64,000 nucleotides of DNA, taken from Pseudomonadota bacterium. GTDB lineage: Bacteria > Pseudomonadota > Gammaproteobacteria > Acidiferrobacterales > Acidiferrobacteraceae. Below are positions 42,345 through 51,347 of this stretch, piece after piece (within the stretch, counting starts at the first letter, position 1; each line of letters starts with the position of its first letter). The notes below the pieces were generated by a model. It was not told the origin of the DNA and searched no databases. It saw nothing but the letters and a program-made list of their open reading frames with translations. Location of the stretch: NCBI GenBank assembly GCA_021816425.1, contig JAKAXT010000002.1, forward strand, positions 1,512 to 65,511, read 5' to 3'. Made by a program: the position numbers and the translations under genes.

Positions 42345-45300
42345 TGTTCGACCTTCTGATCCGCCTGTCCCTGCGCAGCCGCGCCCTCGTCCTCGGCGCG
42401 TTCGCCATCCTCGCCGGGGCGGCCCTGCTCGCCTGGCGCAGCATGCCCATAAACGTCTTTCCGGCCTTCGCCACGCCGCGCGTGGTCATAGGCACCACCC
42501 TGCCCGGCATGGCGCCGCGCGACATGGAGGCGCTCATCACCTATCCGATCGAGACCGCCGTGAGCGGCACGATGGGGATACGCGTGGTCCGCTCGAAGAC
42601 CACGCTTGGAGTATCGCTCGTGACGGTGGTCTTTCATGCCGGGACCAACATCTACCATGATCGCCAGTTGATCGCCGAACGGCTCCAGGATCTGCAGTCG
42701 CGACTGCCGGCGGGCGTCCATGGGCCGGAGATCTTTCCGCTCACATCGGCCATCGGATGGCTCGTCAAATATTCGCTCACAAGCCCGGTCCTTCCCGCCC
42801 AGGAGCTGCGCACCCTGGCCGACTGGGTGATCCGCCCCCGGCTCCTTGCGGTCGGCGGGGTGGCCGACGTCGCCGACATCGGCGGCGCCGTCACGCAATA
42901 CCAGATCGCGCTCGACCCGACCGCCATGCAGGCCTACCGGGTCAGCGTGGGCGACGTGGCGCGCGCCGTGCGGGGCGTGAGCCGGGATCTGCCGGGCGGG
43001 CTCGTGGAGACACCCGGACAGTCGTTGATCGTATCAGCGGCCGGTCGGCTCCACGAAGGCGACGCGCTGCCCCGCCTGCGACATACCCTGGTCGCGACGC
43101 GCGACGGCCTCCCCATAACCCTGGCCCAGGTCGCCCGGGTGCGTCGCTGGCACGCCCTGCGCCTGGGCGCCGCGGCCCTGGGCCAGGCGCCCGCGGTGGT
43201 GGGGACCGTGTACAAGGCTTACGGGGCCGGCACCATCACGACCACTCGGCACGTGCTGGACACCCTGCGCGCGGCGCGCCGCGCGCTCCCGGCGGGCGTC
43301 ACGCTGAACACTCATATCTTCCGGCAGTCGACCTTCATCAAGGCCGCGATCCACAACCTCTGGACCGCGCTGTGGCAGGGCGCGCTCATCGTCATCCTGG
43401 TACTGCTCGTGTTCCTGGCGAACTGGCGGGCCTCGCTTGCGACCTTCGTCGCGCTACCGGCCTCGTTCGCGCTCGGGGCCCTGATCCTCTACGTCTTCCA
43501 TGCGGGCGTGAACGCCATGACGCTCGGGGGGCTCGCCGTCGCCATAGGCGAAGTGGTCGACAACGGGATCATTACCGTGGAGAACGTCGTCCATCGTCTG
43601 CGCCTGGCCCGCGAGAAGCCGGGTGGCGAGGGGGCCGACGGTGTCATCCTCCATGCCCTACGCGAAGTGTTGAACTCCATCGTTTATGCCACGGCCATTG
43701 TCATCCTGGTGTTTCTGCCGGTCTTCTTCATGCACGGCATACCGGGACGGATCTTTTCGCCCCTCGGCATATCGTATCTGGCCACCATGTTGGCCTCGCT
43801 CATCGTGTCGGTGACTTTGGTGCCGGCCCTCTGTTCATTGCTCTTCAGCCGGTACGGCCAGGGAGAGCCCCGTGCCGCGCGCGAAACGGGCCTGGTCCGC
43901 CTCCTCAAGCGTCGTTACCTGCGCCTCCTGGAACGCGTTCTGCCATGGACGCGAACCATCGCCGTGCTTGCGCTGGTCGCGGTCCTGGCGGCCGGAGCGG
44001 GCCTCGCGCGCCTTGGGCGCTCGTTCCTGCCACCTTTCCATGAGGGCAATTACATACTCATCATGACCACCCTTCCCGGGACCCCGTGGCGGGAATCGAT
44101 GCGCCTTGGCGCCGTCGTCCGGCACGACCTCGCGGCCTTCCCGCAGATCGTGTCGGTCGACCAGCGTGCCGGTGCCGGGACGCTCACGCCGGGGGCGAAC
44201 ACCCCGAACAATTCCGAATTCGATCTGCGCATCGACTTTCGCCGCGGTTTGCAATCGCCGCACGCCCTGCTGGGCGAGATCCGCCATAGGCTTGCGACGA
44301 TCCCCGGGGCCGCCTTCAATCTGGGCGAATTCATCGCCCACCGCATCGACGACGTGGAGTCGGGCGTGCCGGCGGACGTGGCCGTCAAGATCTACGGGCC
44401 GCACCTGCGTCGCCTCTACAGCATCGGCAAGGCCGCAAGCCGGGCGATCGCGCCCGTTCCGGGGGTCGTCGATCTGCATCTGGAGCAGCAGATCCGCGTG
44501 CCCCAGATCGTAATCACGCCTCGGCGTGGACGCGACGCGCATTACGGCGTGTCCGCGGGGCGGTTGCTGCAGGACGTCAATCTCTACCTGAACGATACGC
44601 CGATCGGCCACGTCCTCCACGGCCCGCGGCGATTTGCGATCACCCTGCGGGTCGCCCACGACGCGAGACGCTCCGCGCGCGTGCTGCGCCGGCTGCCCGT
44701 GCGCGCCGCGGCCCTCGGCCCGCATGCCGTCGTGCCGCTCGCGGAACTGGCGTCGATCCGGGTGCGCCCCGTGCCCTTCGAGATCCGCCGGGCGCACGGG
44801 CATCGGGTCTTGCTGCTTACCTTCGACGTGGCCGGGAGGGCCCTGTCTTCGGTGGTCCGCGAGGTCAAAGCGAGCGTGGCCAAAGTCCCCCTGCCACGCG
44901 CCTACTTCGTACGCTACGGCGGCACCTTCCGCAGTCAGGAGCGCGCGAATACGACCCTCTGGCGCCTCGGGCTGCTCGCGATCATCGTCTCCGCGCTGCT
45001 CCTCCAGAAGGCCTTCGGCTCGCTGCGCGATGCCTTGCTCGTGCTCGTGAATCTGCCGCTGGCCATGGTCGGGGGGGTCGCGGCGCTGTTTCTGACCGGA
45101 TCCACCTTGAGCACCGCCGCCGTCATCGGGTTCATCGCGCTCTTTGGGATCACCGCGCGCAACGGGATCATCCTCATAAGCCACTACAAGGCTCTCGAGG
45201 CCGATGGCCGGTCGGTCGACGCAGTGGTGAGGGACGGTACGCTCGACCGCCTCATACCCATCCTCATGACCTCGATCACGCCGGCTTTGGCCTTGTTGCC

Positions 45301-45466
45301 GCTTCTCTGGGGATCACCGGTCGGCAAGGAGCTCGAGCGCCCGCTGGCCTTTGTCGTGCTGGGCGGCCTCCTGACCTCGACGGCCCTCAACCTGGTCGTC
45401 ATTCCGAGCGCCTACCGCGCCCTGCGCCTGCGCGACCAGGCCCGCATGCGGGGCGCCCTGCCTTGA
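42344..45466 (+). CDS. CusA/CzcA-family heavy-metal RND permease
   Basis: 1040 aa; ITYPIE, NAMTLGGLAVAIGEVVDNGII, GFIALFGITARNGII, RLIPILMT. Confidence 0.93.
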   Translation: MFDLLIRLSLRSRALVLGAFAILAGAALLAWRSMPINVFPAFATPRVVIGTTLPGMAPRDMEALITYPIETAVSGTMGIRVVRSKTTLGVSLVTVVFHAGTNIYHDRQLIAERLQDLQSRLPAGVHGPEIFPLTSAIGWLVKYSLTSPVLPAQELRTLADWVIRPRLLAVGGVADVADIGGAVTQYQIALDPTAMQAYRVSVGDVARAVRGVSRDLPGGLVETPGQSLIVSAAGRLHEGDALPRLRHTLVATRDGLPITLAQVARVRRWHALRLGAAALGQAPAVVGTVYKAYGAGTITTTRHVLDTLRAARRALPAGVTLNTHIFRQSTFIKAAIHNLWTALWQGALIVILVLLVFLANWRASLATFVALPASFALGALILYVFHAGVNAMTLGGLAVAIGEVVDNGIITVENVVHRLRLAREKPGGEGADGVILHALREVLNSIVYATAIVILVFLPVFFMHGIPGRIFSPLGISYLATMLASLIVSVTLVPALCSLLFSRYGQGEPRAARETGLVRLLKRRYLRLLERVLPWTRTIAVLALVAVLAAGAGLARLGRSFLPPFHEGNYILIMTTLPGTPWRESMRLGAVVRHDLAAFPQIVSVDQRAGAGTLTPGANTPNNSEFDLRIDFRRGLQSPHALLGEIRHRLATIPGAAFNLGEFIAHRIDDVESGVPADVAVKIYGPHLRRLYSIGKAASRAIAPVPGVVDLHLEQQIRVPQIVITPRRGRDAHYGVSAGRLLQDVNLYLNDTPIGHVLHGPRRFAITLRVAHDARRSARVLRRLPVRAAALGPHAVVPLAELASIRVRPVPFEIRRAHGHRVLLLTFDVAGRALSSVVREVKASVAKVPLPRAYFVRYGGTFRSQERANTTLWRLGLLAIIVSALLLQKAFGSLRDALLVLVNLPLAMVGGVAALFLTGSTLSTAAVIGFIALFGITARNGIILISHYKALEADGRSVDAVVRDGTLDRLIPILMTSITPALALLPLLWGSPVGKELERPLAFVVLGGLLTSTALNLVVIPSAYRALRLRDQARMRGALP

Positions 45467-45573
45467 CGCGCCCAGGCGCCGGGACGCAAGCGGCAACGGC
45501 CCGGGTCGGCGACGCCGGGGCCGGGGCCGCGCCCGACGAATCGCACCGTGAGGCGAAAGCCCGTGGAGGTTCC

Positions 45574-46134
45574 ATGTCCATCCTGCTCCTGAGCGGCGGA
45601 ATCGAAAGCGCGACCCTCCTCCACGAGCGATGCGGGTCGGGTGACCTGCATGCCTTGTTCATCGACTACGGCCAGCGCGCCGCGCGCCCGGAGCGGGCGG
45701 CCGCGACCGCCCTCTGCGCACGCACCGGCACGCCGCTCACGGCGCTTGCCCTGAAGGGCCTGGGGGCCCTGGCGCCCCCCGGGGCATGGAAGCCCCATGT
45801 CCCCCTGGCCGCCCGCAACCTCCTTGCCGTGAGCCTCGCCGCCAACCAGGCGCTGGCCCTGAGGGCGCGCGGCGTGCTGCTCGGCCTCCAGCGCGACGAC
45901 CGGGAACACCGCGAGGGCGCGCCCCCCTTCGTCACGGCGCTTGCAGACGCCCTGGCCGCGCTCGGGCTCGAGCTCGAGACCCCTTACCGCGCCCTGAGCA
46001 AGGCGGAGGTGGTCGCGCGCGGCCGCACCCTCGGGGTCGATTACACAGCGACCTACAGCTGCCTGCTCGGACGGTGCGTGCCGTGCGGACGCTGCCCGCA
46101 GTGCCGCGCCCGCGCGCTCGCCCTCGACCCGTGA
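45574..46134 (+). CDS. QueC-like PP-loop ATPase (divergent)
   Basis: LLSGGIES, IDYGQR, RNLL, SKAEVV, TYSC...CGRCPQC; GGAGG RBS. Confidence 0.8.
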   Translation: MSILLLSGGIESATLLHERCGSGDLHALFIDYGQRAARPERAAATALCARTGTPLTALALKGLGALAPPGAWKPHVPLAARNLLAVSLAANQALALRARGVLLGLQRDDREHREGAPPFVTALADALAALGLELETPYRALSKAEVVARGRTLGVDYTATYSCLLGRCVPCGRCPQCRARALALDP

Positions 46135-46191
46135 ACGACCCGTCGGTCGCGGCGGCTTGCGCCCCACTTCCCCGCCCGGCAGACTCACGCC

Positions 46192-46821
46192 ATGACCCCC
46201 AAGGCCCGTTCCGTCCCGCTCGCGGCCGTCATGGCCCTCCTGCCCCAGACCCAGTGCCGGCTCTGCGGCTTCGATGGCTGTCGCCCCTACGCCGACGCGA
46301 TCCTGTCGGGGGGCGCGGACATCAACCGCTGCCCGCCCGGCGGGGACACGACCCGGCTTGCGCTGGCCGCGCTCCTCGGCCGTCCCGCGCCCGCCTGGGA
46401 GGGCCGATTGCGCCCCGCCCCGCGGGTCCTGGTCGCCATAGACCCCGGGGCCTGCATAGGCTGCACCCGCTGCCTCCCGGCCTGCCCGGTGGACGCCATC
46501 GTGGGGGCGCCGGGCCGGCTGCACGCGGTCGTGGCAAAGGAGTGCACGGGCTGCCTGCTCTGCCTCGCCCCCTGCCCGGTGGACTGCTTCACGACCCGGA
46601 TCAACGAAGATCCGCCCCGCGGGCCGTGGCGGGACCGTTCGCAGGAGGAGGCCCGGCGGGCGCGCCTGCGCGCCTACCGCAAGGCCCGGCGGGCGCGGGA
46701 TCCGCAAAAGCGGCCGTCGGCGCACGCCGACCGCGAACGCAAGCGCCGCGAGATCCGCGAGGCCCTCGAGCAGGCGCGCCGGGAACGCGGTTGGCAAGGG
46801 GGCGCGCGCGACCTAGAATAG
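46192..46821 (+). CDS. RnfB/RsxB-like Fe-S protein
   Basis: LPQTQCRLCGFDGC, CIGCTRCLPACP, CTGCLLCLAPCP; lacks a membrane anchor; near nth. Confidence 0.85.
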   Translation: MTPKARSVPLAAVMALLPQTQCRLCGFDGCRPYADAILSGGADINRCPPGGDTTRLALAALLGRPAPAWEGRLRPAPRVLVAIDPGACIGCTRCLPACPVDAIVGAPGRLHAVVAKECTGCLLCLAPCPVDCFTTRINEDPPRGPWRDRSQEEARRARLRAYRKARRARDPQKRPSAHADRERKRREIREALEQARRERGWQGGARDLE

Positions 46822-46861
46822 CGCGCGGCGAATAGCGTCGACCGTATTACGAGGAGTCCCC

Positions 46862-47278
46862 ATGTCTGGACATTACCCCTTCGGCGGCAAGGCGAACCGG
46901 ATCAGTGCCTTTGCCTTCTTCGAGAAGAATCAATTGAGCCTGGACCTCCAGGAGCGCTACTATCGGTGGTGGTACGACTTCGCCAAGTCCGCAGTCGAGC
47001 GGGATTCGGACCTCAAGGTGACGCGCGCGGTCGATTTCCAGCACTACCCCTTCGGCCAGCATGCCGAATCCAATTTCCATCTCCATGGCTACAAGTGGTC
47101 CACGGCACTGGCCGATCTCGGCGCCTTCATCGCCAACGTGATCTTCCCCAAGCTCACCGAGGAGCAGTCCCATAAACTCGAGCACGACTACGAGACGATG
47201 ATGAAGGCGCTGCTCGCCGAGCGCGAGAAGGCCCCCCGCGAGGCGCCGCCCGACGTTGGCCGCTACCGGCACGTCTAA
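46862..47278 (+). CDS. Hypothetical protein
   Basis: GAGGAG RBS, biased codon usage, aromatic- and His-rich 138 aa. Confidence 0.8.
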   Translation: MSGHYPFGGKANRISAFAFFEKNQLSLDLQERYYRWWYDFAKSAVERDSDLKVTRAVDFQHYPFGQHAESNFHLHGYKWSTALADLGAFIANVIFPKLTEEQSHKLEHDYETMMKALLAEREKAPREAPPDVGRYRHV

Positions 47279-47294
47279 GACGCCGCGCATACGG

Positions 47295-48029
47295 ATGACG
47301 CTCGAAGACCGCGAGACGGTCTTCGAGCGTCTTCGCGAGAGCAACCCGCGGCCCACCACCGAGCTTTGCTACGGAAGCCCCTTTCAGCTCCTCATCGCCG
47401 TGCTGCTCTCCGCGCAGTCGACGGACCGGGCCGTCAATAAGGCGACGGGGCCGCTTTTCAAGGCCGCCCCGGACGCGCGCGCCATGCTGCGCCTGCGCCA
47501 AGAGGAGCTGGAGGCCTTCATCTCCGGCATCGGCCTCTACCACACCAAGGCGCGCCATATCCGCAAGACCTGCGAGATCCTGGTGCGCGACCATGGAGGC
47601 CAGGTCCCCGGCGAACGCGAAGCCCTCGAAGCCCTTCCCGGGGTGGGCCGCAAGACGGCGAACGTCGTTTTGAATACCGCCTTCGGCGAACCCGTGATCG
47701 CCGTGGACACCCACATCTTCCGGGTGGCCAATCGTCTGGGCCTCGCCCCGGGCCCCACCGTACGGGCGGTCGAGGATCGCCTCTCCCGGGTCGTGCCGGA
47801 ACGCTTTCGGGCCGACGCCCATCATTGGCTCATCCTCCACGGGCGCTACGTCTGCAAGGCGCGCCGGCCCGCGTGCGAGCGCTGCGTTCTCTTTGATTTG
47901 TGCACTTATCGGGATAAAGTACCGCCATGGACAGCAACAGGGTCGCCACAGGCCTCGGGCGCGGCCCGCGGGCCCAGCCGGAACTTGCCGCGACGGCGGT
48001 CTCCCGGGCGCTCGCGCGAGCCCGCCTAG
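47295..48029 (+). CDS. nth: Endonuclease III
   Basis: LLSAQSTD, LPGVGRKTANV, VDTH, CKARRPACERCVLFDLC. Confidence 0.95.
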   Translation: MTLEDRETVFERLRESNPRPTTELCYGSPFQLLIAVLLSAQSTDRAVNKATGPLFKAAPDARAMLRLRQEELEAFISGIGLYHTKARHIRKTCEILVRDHGGQVPGEREALEALPGVGRKTANVVLNTAFGEPVIAVDTHIFRVANRLGLAPGPTVRAVEDRLSRVVPERFRADAHHWLILHGRYVCKARRPACERCVLFDLCTYRDKVPPWTATGSPQASGAARGPSRNLPRRRSPGRSREPA

Positions 48030-49036
48030 GGAGCGCGCGCTCCGTCATTCTGTTTCTGACCCACCACTTCGCGGACAATCCGACGCCCGCGCTGCGCGCG
48101 GCGGCGCGCGCCGCCGGCTGCACGCAGATCGCGGGCTGCACGGCCGCGGGACTGCTGACCGACGAGGAATGGATCATCGACGCCCCGGCGGCCGCCGCCA
48201 TGGTGTTCGGGGGTCCGGCCTTTCTCGATCATCCCCGGAAGAACGATGAGGATGTCCTCCTGAGTCTCGTGGCTCCGAGCGACCTCGCGGCCGATTGGCT
48301 CGACGTCGGGTCGCGGCGCGTAGGCGCCGTGGCCGGGGACGTCCTCGGTCGCGGCCCGTTTCGCGTCTGGACCGGCGGGCAGGTCCGTCGCGAGGGCCGC
48401 GGGGAGGTCGCCCTGCGCGGCCTCGTCGGGAGCCTGGGGGCTTCGCAAGGGGTGCGGGCGCTCACCTCGCCGATCGAGGTGGCGGAAGTACACGACTATG
48501 ACGTCCTGAAGCTCGGCCACTACCCGGCGCTGAACGTCCTCGTCCAGGCGCTGCCGATCGGGGTGCGCGAGATGGAGCGGATCCCTTTGCATCTCATCAT
48601 GGGCGGCGTGACCTTCGGCGACCCCACCACGGCCATAAAGGAGGGGCGCTACCGGCTGAACCACATCGTGGCCGCCAACATGAGCGATCAATCCATCACC
48701 TTTGCGCAACGCCTGACGCGGGGCGAGCGCCTGTTTTGGGCAATGCGCGACACCCTGGCGGCCGAGAGGGACATGCGCGCCGCCATAGATCGGACCGCGC
48801 TCGGACTGAAGGCCCCTCCGGAATTCGGCCTGCTGTTCCCCTGCACCGGTCGCGGCCCGCACTTCTACGGCGAGACGGATCGCGACCTCGATCTCCTGAT
48901 GCATCGATTCCCCGGCCTTCCGGTCATCGGGATCTACGGGAACGGCGAGATCGGCCCGCTCGACGAGACGAACCATCTCTACCAGTATTCGGCCGTGCTC
49001 GGGCTGTTCCGGGCCGACGCATCGAAGTCCGCCTGA
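47927..49036 (+). CDS. FIST signal transduction domain protein
   Basis: IAGCTAAG, SQGVRAL, FPCTGRG, GIYGNGEIGP. Confidence 0.88.
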   Translation: MDSNRVATGLGRGPRAQPELAATAVSRALARARLGSARSVILFLTHHFADNPTPALRAAARAAGCTQIAGCTAAGLLTDEEWIIDAPAAAAMVFGGPAFLDHPRKNDEDVLLSLVAPSDLAADWLDVGSRRVGAVAGDVLGRGPFRVWTGGQVRREGRGEVALRGLVGSLGASQGVRALTSPIEVAEVHDYDVLKLGHYPALNVLVQALPIGVREMERIPLHLIMGGVTFGDPTTAIKEGRYRLNHIVAANMSDQSITFAQRLTRGERLFWAMRDTLAAERDMRAAIDRTALGLKAPPEFGLLFPCTGRGPHFYGETDRDLDLLMHRFPGLPVIGIYGNGEIGPLDETNHLYQYSAVLGLFRADASKSA

Positions 49037-49476
49037 TGTGGTCGACGGATCGCGACAAGATGCGCGCCGTATTCTACGACGCATGGCGGCACTTCCGGGA
49101 ACAGGCGCCCCTTACGGGTGTCGAGGCGCTGATCGTCGAGGCCTTGGTCGCCCACCCCGAATATCAGCCGCTGTTCGACGAAGGCCGCCCCTCCGAGACC
49201 GTCGACTCGAAGGCGGCCCCCGGGGCCAATCCCTTCCTCCATCTGGGCCTGCACATCGCCATCGCTGAGCAGATCGCGACCGATCGCCCCCCGGGGGTCG
49301 CCCACGAGTGGCGGCGCCTCCAGGGACTTTGGCAAGATGCGCATCGCGCGCGCCATGCGATGATGGAGTGCCTGGAGGAGACCCTCTGGGAGGCGCAGGG
49401 CAAAGGGGTGACGCCCGACGACTCGGCCTACATCGAGCGCCTGCGCGCGCTGGGCCGGGGGCGGTCGCAAAAATAG
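49036..49476 (+). CDS. DUF1841 family protein
   Basis: HPEY, NPFLHLGLHIAIAEQIATDRPPG, MMECL. Confidence 0.88.
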   Translation: MWSTDRDKMRAVFYDAWRHFREQAPLTGVEALIVEALVAHPEYQPLFDEGRPSETVDSKAAPGANPFLHLGLHIAIAEQIATDRPPGVAHEWRRLQGLWQDAHRARHAMMECLEETLWEAQGKGVTPDDSAYIERLRALGRGRSQK

Positions 49477-49499
49477 CGCCACGACCCGGGCGCGACCCC

Positions 49500-49528
49500 T
49501 TGCAAACCGGCCATATCGCGTGTAGATA
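49500..49528 (+). promoter_or_regulatory. Possible sigma70 promoter
   Basis: TTGCAA, 17-nt spacer, TAGATA. Confidence 0.45.
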
Positions 49529-49677
49529 AAGGACATGGGAGGGCCCGTCAAGGGTCGCGCCCGGGCGCGCGGAGGACATCGGTGCGCGAGGCGGGCAAGA
49601 AAGAGAGGACGTGGAAAGAGTCGTGAGTCACTTGAACGTCAACCGAAAGTCGAAGCACAATCACCGTACACGGTACG

Positions 49678-49700
49678 CGGGGCTTTTAGCCCCGTTTTTT
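49678..49700 (+). terminator. Intrinsic terminator within the intergenic region upstream of the DUF2156 gene
   Basis: CGGGGC-TTTTA-GCCCCG followed by TTTTTT. Confidence 0.75.
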
Positions 49701-49827
49701 ATGGACACCACTTGGCCGCGAGAGGCCGACCTGAGGACAAAGACGTGACACTCGAGATCGAAAAGTCGGATAACGAACCCCCCGAACCCAGCTTCCTCCC
49801 CCGCTTGGCGCAGGCCCGGGAGGAAGC

Positions 49828-50913
49828 ATGTTGAACGCCGTCAACGCGGTCATGGACGCCCACTTTCTTACGCCGGCAAAAGGGCGCTCCCAGGCCCTTG
49901 ATTCCGACAACCGCCGGCGCCTCGAGCCGCAGGGGCGCTACCTCGTCTCAGGCAAATATCGCCTTTTCCCGTTCGACAAGAGCGCCAAGCCCTATTTCGA
50001 CGACGCCGTCGCACGGCTGGGCGTGGCGCTGTCGGATTACAGCTTCGCGAACAACGTCATCTGGCTCTACCAGGCGAGCGGCTTCTACCAGATCATAGAA
50101 GGCTGCTTCTGTCTCTTCGGCCTGTCCGGCAATGGCCTCACCATGCTCCTGCCGCCGCTTGGCGAGCCGCACAGGCAGAAGCGCGCGCTGAGGACCTGCA
50201 TCCGCATCATGGATCAGTACAACCCCTCGCCCTATCAGGCGCGCCTGGACTTCGTGTACAAGGACTTTCTGCAGGTCCTGGATCACGCCGAGGATGGCAC
50301 GCCCTTGATCGAGGGCGAACCCTGGCATGTCGAGGTCACGAACCCCGACTACATCTACCGCACCTCCGACCTGATCGAGCTGCGCGGCAACGCCTTCAAG
50401 ACCAAGCGCAACGAAATTAACCAGTTCCGGCGCGCCTACCCGAACCATACGCTGGTGCCGTTCTCGACCGAGCATCGGGACGCGGCGCGCAGCCTCGTCA
50501 ACACCTGGACGGAAAACCGTATCCGCGCGCTCCCCGAGGGTTCGCTCGAGGACTTCCTCTACAATCTCGAGCTCGAGCGCAAGGCGATCAACCGCACCAT
50601 CGCCTTGTACGAGGAGCTGGGCCTCGAGGGCCTGTGTCTGTTCATAGACGGCGTCCTCGAGGGCTTCACCTTCGGGGAACGCCTGAGCCCCGATGTGGCC
50701 AACGTCCTTATCGAGAAGACCAACTTCCATATCCAGGGCGCGGCTCAGTACCTTTTCCGGGAGTTCACCAAGGTCTTCGCGCAGTCCACCTACATCAACG
50801 TGGGCGACGACCTCGGCTTCGAGAACCTCCGGCGCGTCAAGATGAGCTACCGCCCGGCCATGTTCGGGGAGAAGGTGATCCTCCACCGGCGGGTTCCGGC
50901 GGAAACCCGTTGA
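49828..50913 (+). CDS. DUF2156 domain protein (soluble MprF C-terminal-like domain)
   Basis: SDYSFAN, DYIY...LRGNAFKTKRNEINQF, GFTFGE, IEKT, INVGDDLGFENLRRVKMSYRP. Confidence 0.85.
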   Translation: MLNAVNAVMDAHFLTPAKGRSQALDSDNRRRLEPQGRYLVSGKYRLFPFDKSAKPYFDDAVARLGVALSDYSFANNVIWLYQASGFYQIIEGCFCLFGLSGNGLTMLLPPLGEPHRQKRALRTCIRIMDQYNPSPYQARLDFVYKDFLQVLDHAEDGTPLIEGEPWHVEVTNPDYIYRTSDLIELRGNAFKTKRNEINQFRRAYPNHTLVPFSTEHRDAARSLVNTWTENRIRALPEGSLEDFLYNLELERKAINRTIALYEELGLEGLCLFIDGVLEGFTFGERLSPDVANVLIEKTNFHIQGAAQYLFREFTKVFAQSTYINVGDDLGFENLRRVKMSYRPAMFGEKVILHRRVPAETR

Positions 50914-51347
50914 GGCAGGCGCGCCCGGCCGACCTCGAGGACCTCATGGCCCTCGAGGGCCGGTGCTTCTCGGCCGCCGACGGACTCTTTAATCGCCGCC
51001 AGCTTCGCTACCAGCTCGCAAGCCCCCGCTGCGCCTGGTTCGTGGCGGGACATTTCGAGGGCGCGGCCTGCCTGCTGCTGGCCTCCAATGGCCGTAAGCG
51101 GTGGGGCCGCCTCTATTCGCTCGCGGTCGACCCCGCGCACCGCAACAAGGGCGTGGCCCGGCGCCTGCTCGCGGCCTCCTTCGCGTGGTTCCGGGAACAG
51201 GGGGTGCAGGTCATGCGCGCCGAGGTCAAGATGTCGAATCTGGCGGCCCGGCGCCTCTATGCGAGCCTCGGCTTCGAGGAGTGCGGGGAGCTTCCGGACT
51301 ACTACGGCGCGGGGGTGGCGGGACTCAAGCTCTACCGGCGGATCTAG
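50910..51347 (+). CDS. RimI-like GNAT acetyltransferase
   Basis: LYSLAVDPAHRNKGVA, EVKMSNLAARRLYASLGF, DYY; TTGA overlap with the upstream gene. Confidence 0.88.
   Translation: MRQARPADLEDLMALEGRCFSAADGLFNRRQLRYQLASPRCAWFVAGHFEGAACLLLASNGRKRWGRLYSLAVDPAHRNKGVARRLLAASFAWFREQGVQVMRAEVKMSNLAARRLYASLGFEECGELPDYYGAGVAGLKLYRRI

Noticed and set aside
49535-49834. 99-aa ORF upstream of DUF2156
   Set aside because: Low-complexity, no motif, and crosses an intrinsic terminator; treated as leader or non-coding sequence.
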